Below, in pieces: positions 12,281 through 26,200 of a DNA stretch of 64,000 bases. Source of the DNA: Podarcis tiliguerta. Its lineage: Eukaryota. The notes under the pieces were generated by a model that saw only the letters and a program-made list of their open reading frames with translations, ran no database searches and had not been told where the DNA came from. Each line of letters begins with the position of its first letter. Position 1 is the first letter of the stretch. The translations under genes and the position numbers were made by a program. The stretch is taken from the NCBI GenBank assembly GCA_965153285.1, contig OZ229115.1; one strand, 5' to 3'.

Positions 12281-13020
12281 ATACTTTTGATGTTTAAAGT
12301 GCCTGGTTTTATTTGGGTTTCTTGATTGCTGTTTAGTCTCTCTGCTCACAGTTCCTTTTGACTGTTTTACTGTTGTATTATATTTTGTTTTATTTGTTAA
12401 GAATTGAAAGGCAAGTTATAAAAATGCAACAAACAAACAAAATATGGGTTGAAAAGAAATGCTTGAGGCAGAAATAGGATTGCTGAACCCTCAACGCAGA
12501 TGATTAGGCATGCAATAGAAAGACAGTTTGAAAGCTTAAACGAAACCAACAGTGGCTGTGTTGCTTATGGTATCTTCACATTTAAATCAGTGTTATTTTC
12601 TATGAAAATCAAGTGGCTTTTTGCAGTCCATGCCCCACAGACAAGATAGAAAAATAAGTACAGTCAAGAAACAATGGGTTGCATCCAATGAAATAATCTC
12701 GTTTGCTCAAGGGCTTGCACAACAGAAGGTCCCATCCCTCTCCTCATTCTATGTACCTCTCCCAAATTTATTCAGAGGTTTGGAGGAAACTCCAGAACAA
12801 ATGGGGAGGTTACATGGAGGGAAGAGAGAAAAGAGTAGCTCTGTTATGCAAGTGGGAATCCAAACATGAACCGAACAACTTCACTGGACACAATCCAACT
12901 GACTAGTAAAGAGAGTAAGTTGCATTTGGCATATGAGCTAGCAAACAAGAACTGCATCTAAAACACAACATAATCAAGAGAAAATCCTCTCCCAAAAGTG
13001 ATACAGACAACTCAATAATA

Positions 13021-13093
13021 ATAGAAACATAGAATTGTAAATTGGGAGGGACCCCAAGGATCACTTAGTCCGACCCCCTGCAATGCAGGAATC
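13021..13093 (-). mobile_element. 3' tail of a tRNA-Ile/CR1-tail SINE
   Basis: Reverse complement ATTCCTGCATTGCAGGGGGTCGGACTAAGTGATCC...TTCTATG matches 22658-22727. Confidence 0.75.
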
Positions 13094-13725
13094 AAATGCA
13101 ACCATGCTGATTAAGAAAGGGAACTGCATGTGTTACTGTACATTAAGTAATATGGTAGTTGCAACAAGTGAAAAATCAGAAGTCAAATGTTCAACATCAA
13201 TCCATGGCAGAACAGCAGTCTAGGAAGTTGTTCTAGACACCATTTAATACAAATGATGCTGAAGGGGGGGGGGGAATACTTGTGAATTGTCTGTATTTCA
13301 AGATTATATAACTATGGTCTGTTTCCAGTGCTAGTCCTACTCAGAGTAGATCCAATGAAATTTATGAACATAAATAACTTAGGCCCATTAATTTTAATGG
13401 GTCTCCTCTGAGTAACCAGATGCAAGGCAATGCTTTCCACTCAGAGGCAGTAGCTATGTAGGTATTTCTTAAGGAACCCTCCACTGACTCCAATTTAACT
13501 AGTACCAATTATTGCTTGGGAACAGAATTAAAATTTGTAAGGGACAGAATATACATCCAGCCCTACCTATATTCCCACAACTACCCACAGGAGCTATCCT
13601 TTATTTACCATTACAACAAGTTCCTTGCTTTTCATTTCCTTTAACAACCCAATCCGTTTTCAGTACCCTTAGTTATACTCTCCCACTCCAAATGAGTTGG
13701 CTGAAAGAGGAGTCCCAAAGCTTAC

Positions 13726-13837
13726 TTCTGAAGGATAGATCTCTTAATGACAATTTCTTCATCCAGATCCGCTTCGTTGGCCATGAAGAGTAACCTCTTT
13801 CCAGAGTCATCCACTCCAATGAAGTCACGCTGTTCCA
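13726..13837 (-). CDS. EIF2B3: eIF-2B gamma subunit, coding exon 5 (112 nt): (V)[37 protein letters not shown]
   Basis: Acceptor ttttctacttcag|TGGAAC and donor CAGAA|gtaag. Phase 1 start fits exon 4. Peptide closely matches recalled human EIF2B3. Confidence 0.96.
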
Positions 13838-15170
13838 CTGAAGTAGAAAATCATAACACAAACATTTTACACCTCTGTTTTAATGCAATCTAATGATAGA
13901 TTATTTCCAGCTGAAACACAGCATATATAAATGTCAGCAAAGTTCATTCATCAAAGCTGAAAGAATTCCTGAAAATTCTGGAGCATACTCATGCCATTCA
14001 AGGGAGGGGAGGCAGAAAAGCTGAGGAAACAATAAGTGTCACCCCTCCAGCTACCTGCATCTATAATTTGGAAATGATATATGTAGAGAATGCAACCCTC
14101 AGAATACTGGGCGAATTTTAGATAGAACTCCTCCCATACATTTTGGCACCGCATCACTGCTTTAAAATTTGCCTCATTAAGAATCAGCAATAGTGAGGTT
14201 GTCATCACAAGCCACTCTTCTCAAAGTAAATCAGATTATTTTTTGACATGGTTCGTTACTGTGGAGAAGCTTTTCATTTTGTACAAGGATATTCTTCATC
14301 ACCTAAAATCTTGGGCACATGCTTTTGTTTCCAGAATAAATTCTTGAAACAAGTCATCTCTTTAAAATTGACAATACAAAAGTGAAAAGGCCATAAATAG
14401 CCAAGTACAGTATGAGTCTCAGGGCAGTGGCAACTTTGTTCAAGAAACTGTTTACTCTGCCCAAGAAGAATCAAAGCAATCAATTCTAGGTTCTGGCAAG
14501 GCAAGGGTTCCAGGACATAGTGGCACCCTGGACAGCTCCATAACAAGAGAGATCAAGCGTTGTTTCAGCACCAGTGAACTTCCAACAGAGCCTTAAGCTG
14601 CAGCCCTGACTAGTTAGCACTCCCTTTTCCTTTGAAGGGGCTCAATCTACTTTAACAGTCCAATAGAACAAGAAATACTGATTTCACTAAGACTTCTGAG
14701 CTGGCATCTATAATCTGAGAGCAGGGCAACAAAACCTCCTCTAACTGGAGATGTACAGGAACAGGCTCCTCTAGCGTCAGAATTTCTGTCTTTAAATGAA
14801 TATTTGGGGCTGACTCTGAACGCAATTCCCTGAATCCCAGGCCTCTGAATCCCAGACTTCAAACCCTAAGATGGGGAGTCTGACTATGGTCAAGACATTA
14901 ATAAGTGATTGATAACTGTTAAAACAAACTAACATACATACTTTTAATTTCTTTTTCTGTACACGTGGATATTGGAAATTTTTCAGGAAAATGTGGCAAC
15001 AATGCTAAGATTACAGAGGGATTGGCAGACACAAATATGGGAAACCGGACACAAACATGGAGAACCATTTCAGCTGGCAGATTCTGCTCCAAGTTTGTGA
15101 AAACTGTCATTTTCTGCTGGCAATCCCTGTGAAAATGGCAGGACTTTAGTATCAAGAGCACCCAATTTAC

Positions 15171-15330
15171 CTAGCTTTTTCTTCCCTTTATGTCCTGGTA
15201 TAAGCTCTGTAGGTTCATAAGCTTTCTTCATCAACATGGAGAGTGTGGCATCATTGGCTCGGAATAAGTCCACTACTTCATGGAGAGCAACATCTGTAAT
15301 CAGATCACAACTCAAAACCAACACATCTGT
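15171..15330 (-). CDS. EIF2B3: eIF-2B gamma subunit, coding exon 4 (160 nt): [53 protein letters not shown]
   Basis: Acceptor tctcttttgacag|ACAGAT and donor CTAG|gtaaat. Contains the nucleotidyltransferase-like VLSCDLI motif. Confidence 0.97.
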
Positions 15331-15671
15331 CTGTCAAAAGAGAAAAGAGAGGAAGAGATCATACACATGCAAACACATCTGAAATACAAACTGTCAAGGA
15401 GAAGTCAAGGTGGAAGGATATCCCAACAAATATTATTATTTTTCTGGAATCTGCATCAAGCTACCAGAATTACCAATGGGCCATTCCACTAAGACATTTT
15501 ACCTGTGATACTTACTTATAGCATACAAAGCTTAAATGATTGTTTTCATTTCACATATTTCTGCTGCTGGTGCACTACCCAGAATGGATCCGTTAAACTG
15601 CTCACCACCTTTTATCAGGTTACAGAACACTAGAATCGTATAGAAGTCCCTAGTTAAAACTGCTACGTTTC

Positions 15672-15826
15672 TTGGCTCAGTAGTAGAACATCTACTTTGA
15701 TTGCAGAAGGTTCAATCCCTGGCATCTCCAGGTAGAATAAGGGAAAGGCCCCTTGCCTGAAACCTTGGAAAGCTAGTTGGCATACACAATGCTGAGCTAG
15801 AAGAACTGAGCTTCTTCTGTTCCCAT
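15672..15826 (+). mobile_element. tRNA-derived Squam3-like SINE, degenerate
   Basis: A-box-like TGGCTCAGTAGTAGA and B-box-like GGTTCAATCCC, followed by GGCATCTCCAGGTAG...CCTGAAACC. Confidence 0.65.
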
Positions 15827-16159
15827 GCTTCCTAGTTTGTGTGCCATGTGAGAAAATAAAGTTTACTGTATTTGATTCTCTCCTGACCCCCAAATTTCAA
15901 GGTCACAACTTATCCACAGATAAAAGGAAATATGCAAAACAATTTAAATAAATGGGCATTCATTTAAAAAGCCCTTTTGTTTAAATCTCATTTAACAGGC
16001 TGTTTTTAAAAAACAAATTAATCCAAATTTCACCTATCTTAGTTTAATTTTCACAAATTCACAGGTAAGTTATAGCACAATGATTTCTATCCAGAAGCAT
16101 TTCTATCCAGAAGTAATATCCACTGAACTCAATGGGTGCAAAACTCCAGGTAAGCCTAA

Positions 16160-16250
16160 GGTTGCAATCCTATACACACTCACCTGGGAGTAACTCTCAT
16201 TGAACTCAACAGGACTTAGTGCTGAGTAGATATGCATTGAATTGCACTGT
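16160..16250. repeat. Short palindromic dispersed repeat; related fragments near 13330, 43960, 51940 and 60290
   Basis: GGTTGCAATCCTATACACACTCACCTGGGAGTAA...GAATTGCAC; the same start is at 60290 (GGTTGCAATCCTATGTCCACTACTTGGGAGTAA). Confidence 0.55.
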
Positions 16251-18097
16251 CTCCAGGCAAAACATCTATCCTATGTTGCTTTGCACTGAATAAGGGAATA
16301 TATGAATTGCTGCTTTTGAAACCAACACACTGCTTCAGAAAGATATATTTCTTTTGAGGAGCCCAGGGAAAACAGGACTGAGCTTTCACTGGGTCTTCAA
16401 GGAATAATTGTTAACACCAGGCTACCACTTATGAAGTGTAAACTCTGCAGAAATAGTAACATATCCAGAAGAAATCAAATTGTACAAATTCCAGAGAAAA
16501 TGTGTAAGTGCACTGGTAAAACTGCAAATGTTACCATTATCGAAGTACCCATGTCCCTGCTAAAAAGCTGTTTTCCAAAGATAATGTCCTTCCAGTTGTC
16601 CCCTGCCCTGACTTCAAATCAAAATTACAAAGGATAAAACACCACTTGTCCGCTTCAGAGCAACCCTACCTCAGCACAGAAGTGATCCCTTGTACAGCAG
16701 AAATAAGATTCCACCATTAACTTTTGACAGTTGCAAATGGTCATAAGCTAATCTTGAACAGAGTGAAAAAAACATGGAAGTGTTGAAATCTGTGAGTGCT
16801 CGGCCTGTCAAGTTCATTGTGACAGCACCAAAAAAACTGTCGAAAATGTTTTAGCAAAAAGTTTATGGCATAGCCGCTGTTAAAGACTAGACTGTTCTTT
16901 TTCCATTAGGAAACCTCTTTATTTCAAAATTGAAAAGAATTCACATCCACGATGAAAACTACGTCAGGGCCACGGACATGCCTTTAGAAACAACTATCTG
17001 GACTTGTTAACTCAATCGTGCAATTATTTAACTATGCACTTTAATCTGTCACCCTAGTAAACTGCCAACAAGGCTTTCATAATTGCGAACAGGCTTCTAG
17101 TTTTAGGATGAACTTTGGCAAAGGCTGAATGCAAGACCCCCGAGGAGCGCAGGGGAACAGAACCACCAAATGTCTGGTTGCCATCTGTTCTACCCATTTA
17201 CTCTCTCAATATGTAAATAAACGTCAGAGAGCACAGGGACCAGTGAAACACACGGTTGCTAAGTAAAGCCCACATTTCTGCCTCTCCTCCTGATGAGCAG
17301 AGCAGTGGCCTCAGATGCACGCTGAGAGTACACCATGAAAGGCTCTTTTGGGATTCAACAGCCTCCCCTTTGAAACACCAACACCCTCATAAATAAAGCC
17401 CTTACTGTCTGATGGATGCCCTTTTTCCAACGTGGAACCCCTGAAAGAATAAACTAATGGCTGAATGAAAAAATAAACCAGGCGAGCACCCTAGTAGAAG
17501 GGTGTATTTTCCTTTACTTTCAATAGTTGGTGCAGTAGAAAGAAAATAAATGGTACAGTCTGTATTTTTAAACTATATAATACAAAAATTTTCGTGATGA
17601 GCCACTGATTGGAAGACAATCACACACAGAGTGTGTGTCCACTAGGAAAAGGGGGGGGGAGCCCCCCGCAAAAATGTGGCCCTACCGCTTGATTTCATAA
17701 ATTCCGCAAAACGTTAAAATCCCAACAGAGCAAGTCTTAATTAAAAATGTTCCATACCAGATAGATCAAACACCAGATATTAAAAAGGGACGCAATAAGA
17801 AGCAACACTAACTGATGCTGAAGTGGGCGCTATGTTTCAGGTTCAGTCAATGCAAACAGAAATAAAAATCATGCAGAACAACTATACTTGCATAACATAG
17901 TTTGGGGAAGAGATAAAAATTATACCTGATGGGATCTAAATATTCAAAGTATCATGGGACCTCCCAGATCACCTATAATTATATATTTTTCATTACTTAT
18001 ATAAAGATCCTTTATTTGACACTTGTACATGAAAGCTGAACAGAAACATGGCCTTGCAGGACATCTAGTGCAATCCTCACAAGCTGAGAATGAAGGA

Positions 18098-18332
18098 AGA
18101 CTAGAGTGGTGTAGCAGCTTCAGAATGCTAGAATAGGACTTGGGAGACCAGGGTTCATATCCTAACTCAGCCACAAAGCTCACTGGTGACATTGGGCCAG
18201 TCACTCTCTCCCAGCCTAACCTACTTCACAGGGCTGTTGTGAAAATAAAATGGGTGTGGGTGTGTCATGTATGCCACTTTCAGCTCCTCCTTAAAAAGAA
18301 AGGACATAAATGTAATAATAAAAAATAAATAA
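18098..18332 (+). mobile_element. MIR-like/CORE SINE
   Basis: tRNA-like head (GTGGTGTAG...GGGTTCATATCC), core CTACTTCACAGGGCTGTTGTGAAAATAAAATG and an A-rich tail. Fragments also near 36290 and 49250. Confidence 0.65.
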
Positions 18333-18657
18333 ACTCTACAGTCTCTGCTTCAATACTTTCACCAAAAAAGAAACACAATTCTGGTGAATTGCCAGAATTG
18401 CTTTTACCATGAAGAAGTCACTCTTAATGTTCAACCTGTTCAGACTGATTTAAATCATTCAGACCGGTTCCTCAGGAAAATGTTTGTATTATCCCCACTT
18501 TCGCTACCCTAGGTCCTTGTTAGATAAACAGATCCCAATTTCCTTTTAGTGTATTTTATTTCTTTATGGGCTTATATAGTACACAATAAACAACTTGTTA
18601 CCCACAAAATCACTTAGGCCGAGTTCCTTGGAGGAAAAGTGGGATATAAATTTAAAT

Positions 18658-18683
18658 TAACAACAACAACAACAACAACAACA
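18658..18683. repeat. (CAA)n microsatellite
   Basis: Direct inspection. Confidence 0.9.
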
Positions 18684-21600
18684 GTAACAAACAATACAAC
18701 CCATACAACTTATTTACTTAACGATTTACTGCTCTTATTACCTAGCTTTTAGTATTTGAATTTTTCTACTTTGGATTTTAAAAATCTTTTTTCTGTCTTT
18801 ACTCTACTGCTTTTTATGGAAATTGTTGTAAACCACCCTGGAATTTTCAATGAAGGGTGGCATATACAGTAAATGTCTTAATAAACAAACAAAATAGAAT
18901 AAATAACCAGGATAAAAGGCCAAGACCCGTTCTAAAATATTTAATTTCAAGCACAAACTTCCCGGCAGTTTGATTCTCAGGATGGTGATGTTCTTGTTTC
19001 TCTTCCCTATAAAAACTGCACTGCCAAAACTAGTTATTTGAAAGCAGCACATGCTACATATGGGGAACACCTGCAACACTCCCCCATACATATCCCTTTC
19101 ACCCCATACATTTGTGCTTGGGATTCATGCCAGCTTAACAGTGGCTAGACTAAAAAACAGGGGAACCTGTCCATCCATGCCAGCAAAGGCTTGCTTTCTG
19201 CTGCTAATAACCATGTCTGCAGAGAGCTGAAATGGGGTTTTGGCTAAGGAAAGGACAGGAAAGATGCAACTACACTCTGGTTAATCTAATCATCCCATTC
19301 AACCCCCAACTGCACCAGAGCACTTTCTCTCTCTCTCTCTCTCTCTCAGGTCATTCTGGCTATTTAAAATCTGGCATGCTGCAGAAGCGTGAATTAGTTA
19401 GAATTACAGGGGGTAGGGTGGGGGAGGAAGAGCCCTGGTGAGCAAATGGTCCCCTTGCCTGCCAGCCAAACATAAATCTGGAAGATTTAAATGCATCTAT
19501 TAAAGTATTTATGTCCTACCTTTCCATTTGGAAAAAAAGATATGCCTAAGGTGGTTCAGATCATAATTTTAAAAAGTCAGAATATAAATACACAAGGGAA
19601 CAAAGACAGGAAATGCAGATCTTGAAAAATGCCAAGAGGCCAAGCATTGGTCAGGTAAAAGGCCTACTGGAAAGGAAATGTCTTCATACAGGGGCAGAAT
19701 GTTATCAAGGAGAGGGCCAGACAGATCTCCCTCTCTCACGCACTCCTAAGTGCGGGCAACAAGAACCACAAACAATTGCAGAGATAATGCTCAGCTGAAA
19801 TGGAATGAAATACATCTTTTAAATCTAGATATTGATGGTATTTGAATTTGAAGCTATTTTTGGTTCTGTACTTTCTAGATTCCTAGTTGGACACAGTACT
19901 ACAACTACTACTGCTGCTGCTGCTACTGCTTTATTATTTATACCCCGCTCATTTAGCTGGGTTTCCCCAGCCACTCTGGGCAGCTCCCAACAGAAGTTGT
20001 AAGTTATCACTCATTTTAATATGACCTCACACTTTGGGAGTAATAAACTGATACGCACACATGCAAGAACAAAGAACAAAGTTATCCTAAAATACAATTA
20101 TTTGTTTGTTTATCCCCATTTTAATAGTGGTTGGGTTGAACAGACCATTTTCAGCATCAGTGCTTTCCTCTCAGTTCACTGACTTACCAAGCATTGACTG
20201 ATGCTTAGGAGGAAAGGAAATGTATCAAGCTTGTTGTGATCTACAGAATTGCAGGAAGTACGTCAAGAACTCAAACAAACCTCATAATTCAACATGAAAT
20301 ACAAATCCTTCGACGTTTCTTCACAGCACTGACATGGTCTAAGACTTATATAAATCTCATCAATGAAATGTCTATCAATTCATCAGTTCCCCCAGACCCT
20401 CAATATGGACTGTAGTGAGATCTTTATTCACCTGTTGGGCATCTCACACATCTGAAATAGAACTCTTGACAGTGAAAACTCTCTACGTCCACATGAAAAA
20501 GCATTTCAATTAATGCACCATCCTCATCACTAGACTTGATATGTCTCATACAAACCTACTTCTACCAATAATATCAGAAAACCAAAGACTCATAGGAGGA
20601 ACACATGACATGGTTGGTTGCCATGCTCTTAATGCTCCTCCTGGGAATAGGAGCAATGCTAGCATGAGGAGAAAACTCTTCCCACAAGATCTCTGACTTT
20701 TTACCAAATGGCACATGCAACAAAGGGAAATGTTGGAAGAGGTCCCTGCTGGATATGGTAGAAACCCAAACCACATAGAGCCACAGATGTGACCAGGAAG
20801 TACAGCTCCTTGACAAATATAGGACAATAGTTCTCCTATTTTCTTTGTCTCCTGCCACACCCTTTTAATTAGGCAGATATAGCTGGATCATTTGGACTAT
20901 TTGATGAGAGTTTGGAATATGAAGCTAGTATGCTGGAGTATATGCATGTGTTCCCATATACTTTATTTTGTTTTTCCTAAGTATTTCTCATGCTGTTAAG
21001 TTCTTCTCCGCCTTGTGTCACTAGCTATACTCGGGCCAGCTATTAAGTTGTAGTGTTACAGCAATGGAAATTTTTTACATTTTCCTTCCTCAATGAGTTC
21101 TTAGTTGGGTGATGGAAGCCCTGACTAACACACAGCAAACCAGTCTTCATTATTTAACCTTCCATTTTTGCTAAGACATTGACTATGAAATAATGTTCTG
21201 TCAGATAGACTACCTGGTTTCTCCTTATTTTCTTCAAAGTAAAGTTTTTTAAAAGGTTCACAATTCTTCCACAGATGGAGAGAGAGGGGAATAATGTCTC
21301 AGAACAGCTAAACAAAGACCGAGAATCCAGATCTTGTTTGGTATGTACATCTTTTGGAGCCACATTGTGGAAAGTGTGATGTCACAGCAGTGGTCTGTAT
21401 GCTGCTGAGGATCACTGATCCGTGTAGTCTTGGATGGAGCAGCTTAGCGCTTCACTTCCTCTGTTGAAAAATCTCCTTTCCAAACACATGATGTAAGAAG
21501 GCTCACTGTAACGGCTGGGAGGTGGAATCTGAATCTCTTGTACAGTTGACGAGAACTTGGTGACCATGGAAAGAAAAACTTCAAACTCATATTAGAGATA

Positions 21601-22575
21601 TTTTTGGACTGTTTTGGTGGATTTTTTTTTAAGTACCATGAAATTCATCTATGAAGAGACAAATGGGACCTTTTCCTCCCTCACTTAGGAGTGAATTTTG
21701 AAAAAGATAAACAGAGCAGTTAGTTTTCTTAAAGCATTTCACCAGACTCCTTTAGTGAGGCTGAAAGGACATTCTCTGTACTTTAAGGCTGCAGTGCGTC
21801 CCTCTAAAATACAAATAAAAATTGCTTTGCCTCACTTACCTCTCTTGATGGCTCCATGGAGACTCTTGTGCTTTGCATATGATGTTAACACGTTGTATAG
21901 AAAAAAATTAGGATTCAAGGGATTGGCAGTGGAGTACATAACGTAAAAGAGTGGAAATAGCCCAGTTTGGAGCCCAATTCTGATAGTGGAACACATGTGA
22001 AAATCATTAGGTCACAAAGTGAAATCTGCATACATTTTTCAGGAAAGAGCCATAAGCAGAAATAGGCAGGAGCCTAACTATCTCTTTGCTAATATTGCAT
22101 ACAAATTCATTCTCAAGTATTGTGGATTTTAGGCAAGAGAAATGCAATCTGAGAGGGCTACTCTGGAAGATTTGGAGGTTAAGTGATATTATGCTTATTA
22201 GTTTTTCTAAACAATACAAGTTTCTTTTATGGGCTGTTAATACCAAATTCCCAACACGTGTGATGGGGATACACAGTTGTATTTATCTGCTCTGATGCTA
22301 TGCAAAGATCTTGATGGGAGACTTGTAGAGTTAGAATCATCAAGGCAAGGAAGATGATGGTCCAAATTCAGCTTGAAGAGAAGCATAATTGCTGCTGCTG
22401 TAGAAGAGTAGAAAGCTGGAAGGTTGCATATCCTGGGTCTTCAAGGCTTTCATTGAAGCTCTTTAAAGGTGGCATAGATTAATGTATGAGATGGTAGGTA
22501 GCACAAGAGAAGGTTCAAGGGTAAAGATAGAAGATGGAGAACCAAGTTACAGTGCTATCTGAGCTCATTATTGGG

Positions 22576-22727
22576 AGCCTGGATAGCTCAGTTGGTTAGA
22601 CCAAGGTGCTGATAACGCCAAGGTTGCAGGTTCGATCCCTGTATGGACCAGCTGCATATTCCTGCATTGCAGGGGGTTGGACTAGATGATCCCCAGGGTC
22701 CCTTCCAACTCTACAGTGCTATGACTC
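22576..22727 (+). mobile_element. SINE with tRNA-Ile-derived head and CR1-derived 3' tail (not a functional tRNA)
   Basis: TAGCTCAGTTGGTTAGA (A box), GGTGCTGATAACGCCAAGG, GGTTCGATCC (B box), then CR1-type GGACTAGATGATC...GGTCCCTTCCAAC...CTATGA. Confidence 0.85.
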
Positions 22728-23117
22728 TCTTTGTGGAGTAGCACTTCAGGAAGGAAAAGACATCTTGGCAGCAGTGGTTTCAATGAAAAGTGCTTTTAAA
22801 TCTCAGAAAACTGAATGATGAAATTTTGTCCAGGTTTAGACTTCCCACTTCCTGCCAGGTGGGAAGGGGGCACATGGAGTGATCTGGGCACAATGGATAG
22901 GAAGGCAATGGATATCCTCCCACCCCACCCCAGCTCAAAAAAATTACTTGTACCGAGAAGTCAAATCTTAGCCCTTCACGTTGAAAACTAATTCTGTTCA
23001 TAACAGCTGTGGTAATAAAAGTTTCCACTTCATCACATGGCAAACAGATATACAAGTCAAATTAAAACATTATAACCAGAGTACCAGGTGGAACATGTGG
23101 ATCATTTCATGGCCTAA

Positions 23118-23260
23118 GGCAGCAATGAGAAACCTGTAACCCTGCAAATGTTGTAGGACTCCAGTTCCCATCAATCCCAGCCACCATGGCCATTGGTAAG
23201 ATATGGTAAGAGAAGGAGTTCAGCAACAGCTGGAGGGAGCTACAGGTTTCCTACTGCTGG
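23118..23260. mobile_element. Palindromic hAT-type MITE (family C), degenerate
   Basis: AGGACTCCAGTTCCCATCAATCCCAGCC...CAGCAACAGCTGGAGGG. Confidence 0.6.
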
Positions 23261-26200
23261 CATAAGGTGACCTAGAATTTTCTTGAATTTACTGAGGATA
23301 CAATAGATGCATCTTGGCAAAGTCTGGGATCAGAATGCCAATATGCTAACAATCACAATCTGCATCTTTAGCTTCTTCACACTAACTCCTTTCCACCCTC
23401 TCAGTTAGTTGCCAGTTATGCACTTTCCTGTTTTCCACTTGCATTACAGATGTTACACCAAATGACTTGCTATGGAATTACTGAAATGGCCAGGACTTCC
23501 AGGAATCTCCTTGGGAAGATTGTACATTATGATGACTTCAACAAGTTCATGAACCCCTTTAAAAATAAAATAAAATGGAAGCACTCAATGTTACAAAGGC
23601 ACACAGAGAGCAAGACAACGATACAGAGTGCTAAAACGTCTGCAAATGAAAGCTATTTCTACAGAAGACTTAAACCAAAGATAGACAGCACTCGGCAGCC
23701 AATGAACAGAATTCAGTATAGCTTCCAGACCCTCTTCCTTTTCCTGTATCATTACCAGAGTAAAACTAATTAGAAAAAAATATAATTATTTTCATAAATA
23801 CAAACAGAACAATGTACCCATTCAAGAACTGCTTCAGTCACAAGAATATTGGCATTAATTGTATGTATGTAGCATTGTAGGTAATTTTAAGAACCACAGA
23901 TAATGCCTTCAAAAGCCATACTAGGCAATTTGCTCAGGTGTCTCTCTAAAGTTTACCCTTTTTACAAAGGCTAAGAGGATATCTGAAGGTTACTATAAGG
24001 ATCTTATTAGTGAAAAGTTCCACTGCACTTCTGAGCTTTCGACTATCTTTTTATATACCTTCCCTTTAATCTTGCCTCTTCTCCTAAGCCTCTGAAGAAG
24101 AGTTGTAGAGAGGACCAAGAGACACAGAGGAACCTTTAGAAATCAGTTCAGGTGGCTACCAAAGAATCATTGCAGCTGCTATCCAATGGAGTCTAACATG
24201 TGCAGAGTCATGTGAGAATAATTCCTAAACAAAGTGTCTGGTAAGGTACCAGAGGGATGTGTATTGCAACATCACTGAAACCCTTGGTTTCAGTGTTAGA
24301 ACATGGTTGTCTTCTGTTTGGCGTCATCTTGCTGAGGATCTACCAGAATTTTTTACATACAACACTGGTACATAATGCACATTTGCTATACTCCAGCCCA
24401 CACCTGTGACATCATGGCTTATTCTGCTAGGTAGCATGACTTAGGACACAGGATAAGAATGGCTGTGCACAATACCCTATCTAAACACACAGCAAATCTG
24501 CAATCAAGCAGAAAATCCCCCAGACTTGAATTAAAGGGAAGAATAGATAAATGTGAGGAAACCACTTGAGCTGGGGTAACAAACAATACACCATGTCTCC
24601 AAATGTATGTACCTTTCATGTATTTTTAAGCAAGTCAGCTGAGTGCACATGAAATTAAAAAAACATTCTGATTTTTTCTAAGAACACTGAAAAATCACAT
24701 GCTAAAGGTGACATGGCACTCCCAATCCTGAAATTCTTTTATTAATTATACAAACTAAGATTAAAGAAGGGATTAATGTTTAGAAAAGACAACATTTCTT
24801 GGGCAGCTCTGGAACAAGAGCAACTCAAAATATATCTGGATTGTTGTTATGAATCGGTAAGACAGCCAATTCACATTTGTGTTTAAACTGACCAAGGGGA
24901 GGGTATTTTATTTGCTGTTTTTAAACATTTTGGATTTTTAATTTTGTTTGAAAAACATCGCTTTTATTTTAACTGGAATATTTTGAAACTGTGTTTTACA
25001 GTCAGTTGGTGGGATACAAATCCAACAAACCAAACTGTTTTACAAGACTTTTCTCCATTTTGTTACTCAGCACCTGGGATGAATTCCAGAATATATCGAG
25101 TCCCCATTGTCTGCTTGCCTATTTGAAACCCTCCCTTGTCTGCATGCCTGTTTGAAAAAGATTTTAACCAGTCAAACTAGGAAGGTCTAATGTATGGCTA
25201 GAGAAGAGAGAGAAGACAGCCACCTGAGATTCCAGATTTGAGGAGGCATTTGCATCAGCTGCGTGGGAAAGAGCAAGTAAACCATCTCATTTCAAAGGCA
25301 GCTTGTATAGAAGGATATTTCAGCAGATCATGTCCCATTTTAATTACTAGGAAAGGCACTATTTGCCTTTGGCCAGCTTTGCTAAAGGCTATAATAAGAC
25401 ACCACAATCTTTCACATGAGGAAGTAGCACAACAATGGGCAAGGCAACCACGTAAATAAGTAGTTTAAGATTATGCGTAAATATCTGAGAAAATACTTGG
25501 TTATTAGCTAGCAATGGTGTTTATGCAATGGAGATTATATAATTGTAAGAAAATATCTTACAAGAGGGAAAGTACTGAAGGCATGAAACAGTGTGAAAAA
25601 GTTTGGTTTACATAGGCTCTGGTTTGGGTCCCCCCCCCTCCCCCCATAAATCTAAAACATTTTTTACAAAGCTGTTTTACCAATATCTTACACCATGAGA
25701 AATGCACAAAAATGTTAAGAATCCATCCTTTTTCTTTCTGTGTTTCAAAAGGACTAAGTCTCTTAGAAGAATTATTAGGCATCTGGAGTGAACGTATTTA
25801 TATTACTAGATTTGGGAATAAGGGTATTAAACAAAACAAATAATGGAATTAATATTTCACATTTATTTATGTATTGCATTTATATCCCACCCTTCCTCCA
25901 AGGAGCTTAGGATGGTGTACATGACCTACTTGTTCAAATGTTGAATTATCTTAAAGATGCTGTGCCCAGGGATTGACTAAAATGAACAGCAAATCTATTC
26001 ACTGAAATTCACTCAAGTACAATATAATGGAGAAATAGTAAGTTCAAAAACATATCCATGACTTTACAAGGTCTGGCAGATTGCTAAAATTATAAAATTA
26101 TTGGCTGCATATAGGCATTACACTATAGTTCAGTGAGACAAGAACAAGCTGCAGAAAACCTCTGGCTACCATGTTCTGCCCCTGCCTCCCCACTCTGCTA

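Noticed and set aside
1-13700. EIF2B3 exon 6 (expected DAHLYC motif)
   Set aside because: Not found by eye on the minus strand; presumed to lie left of the window. TBLASTN would confirm.
22576-22650. tRNA-Ile(GAT)-like gene
   Set aside because: The acceptor and D stems are damaged and the sequence runs directly into a CR1-type tail, so it is a SINE head.
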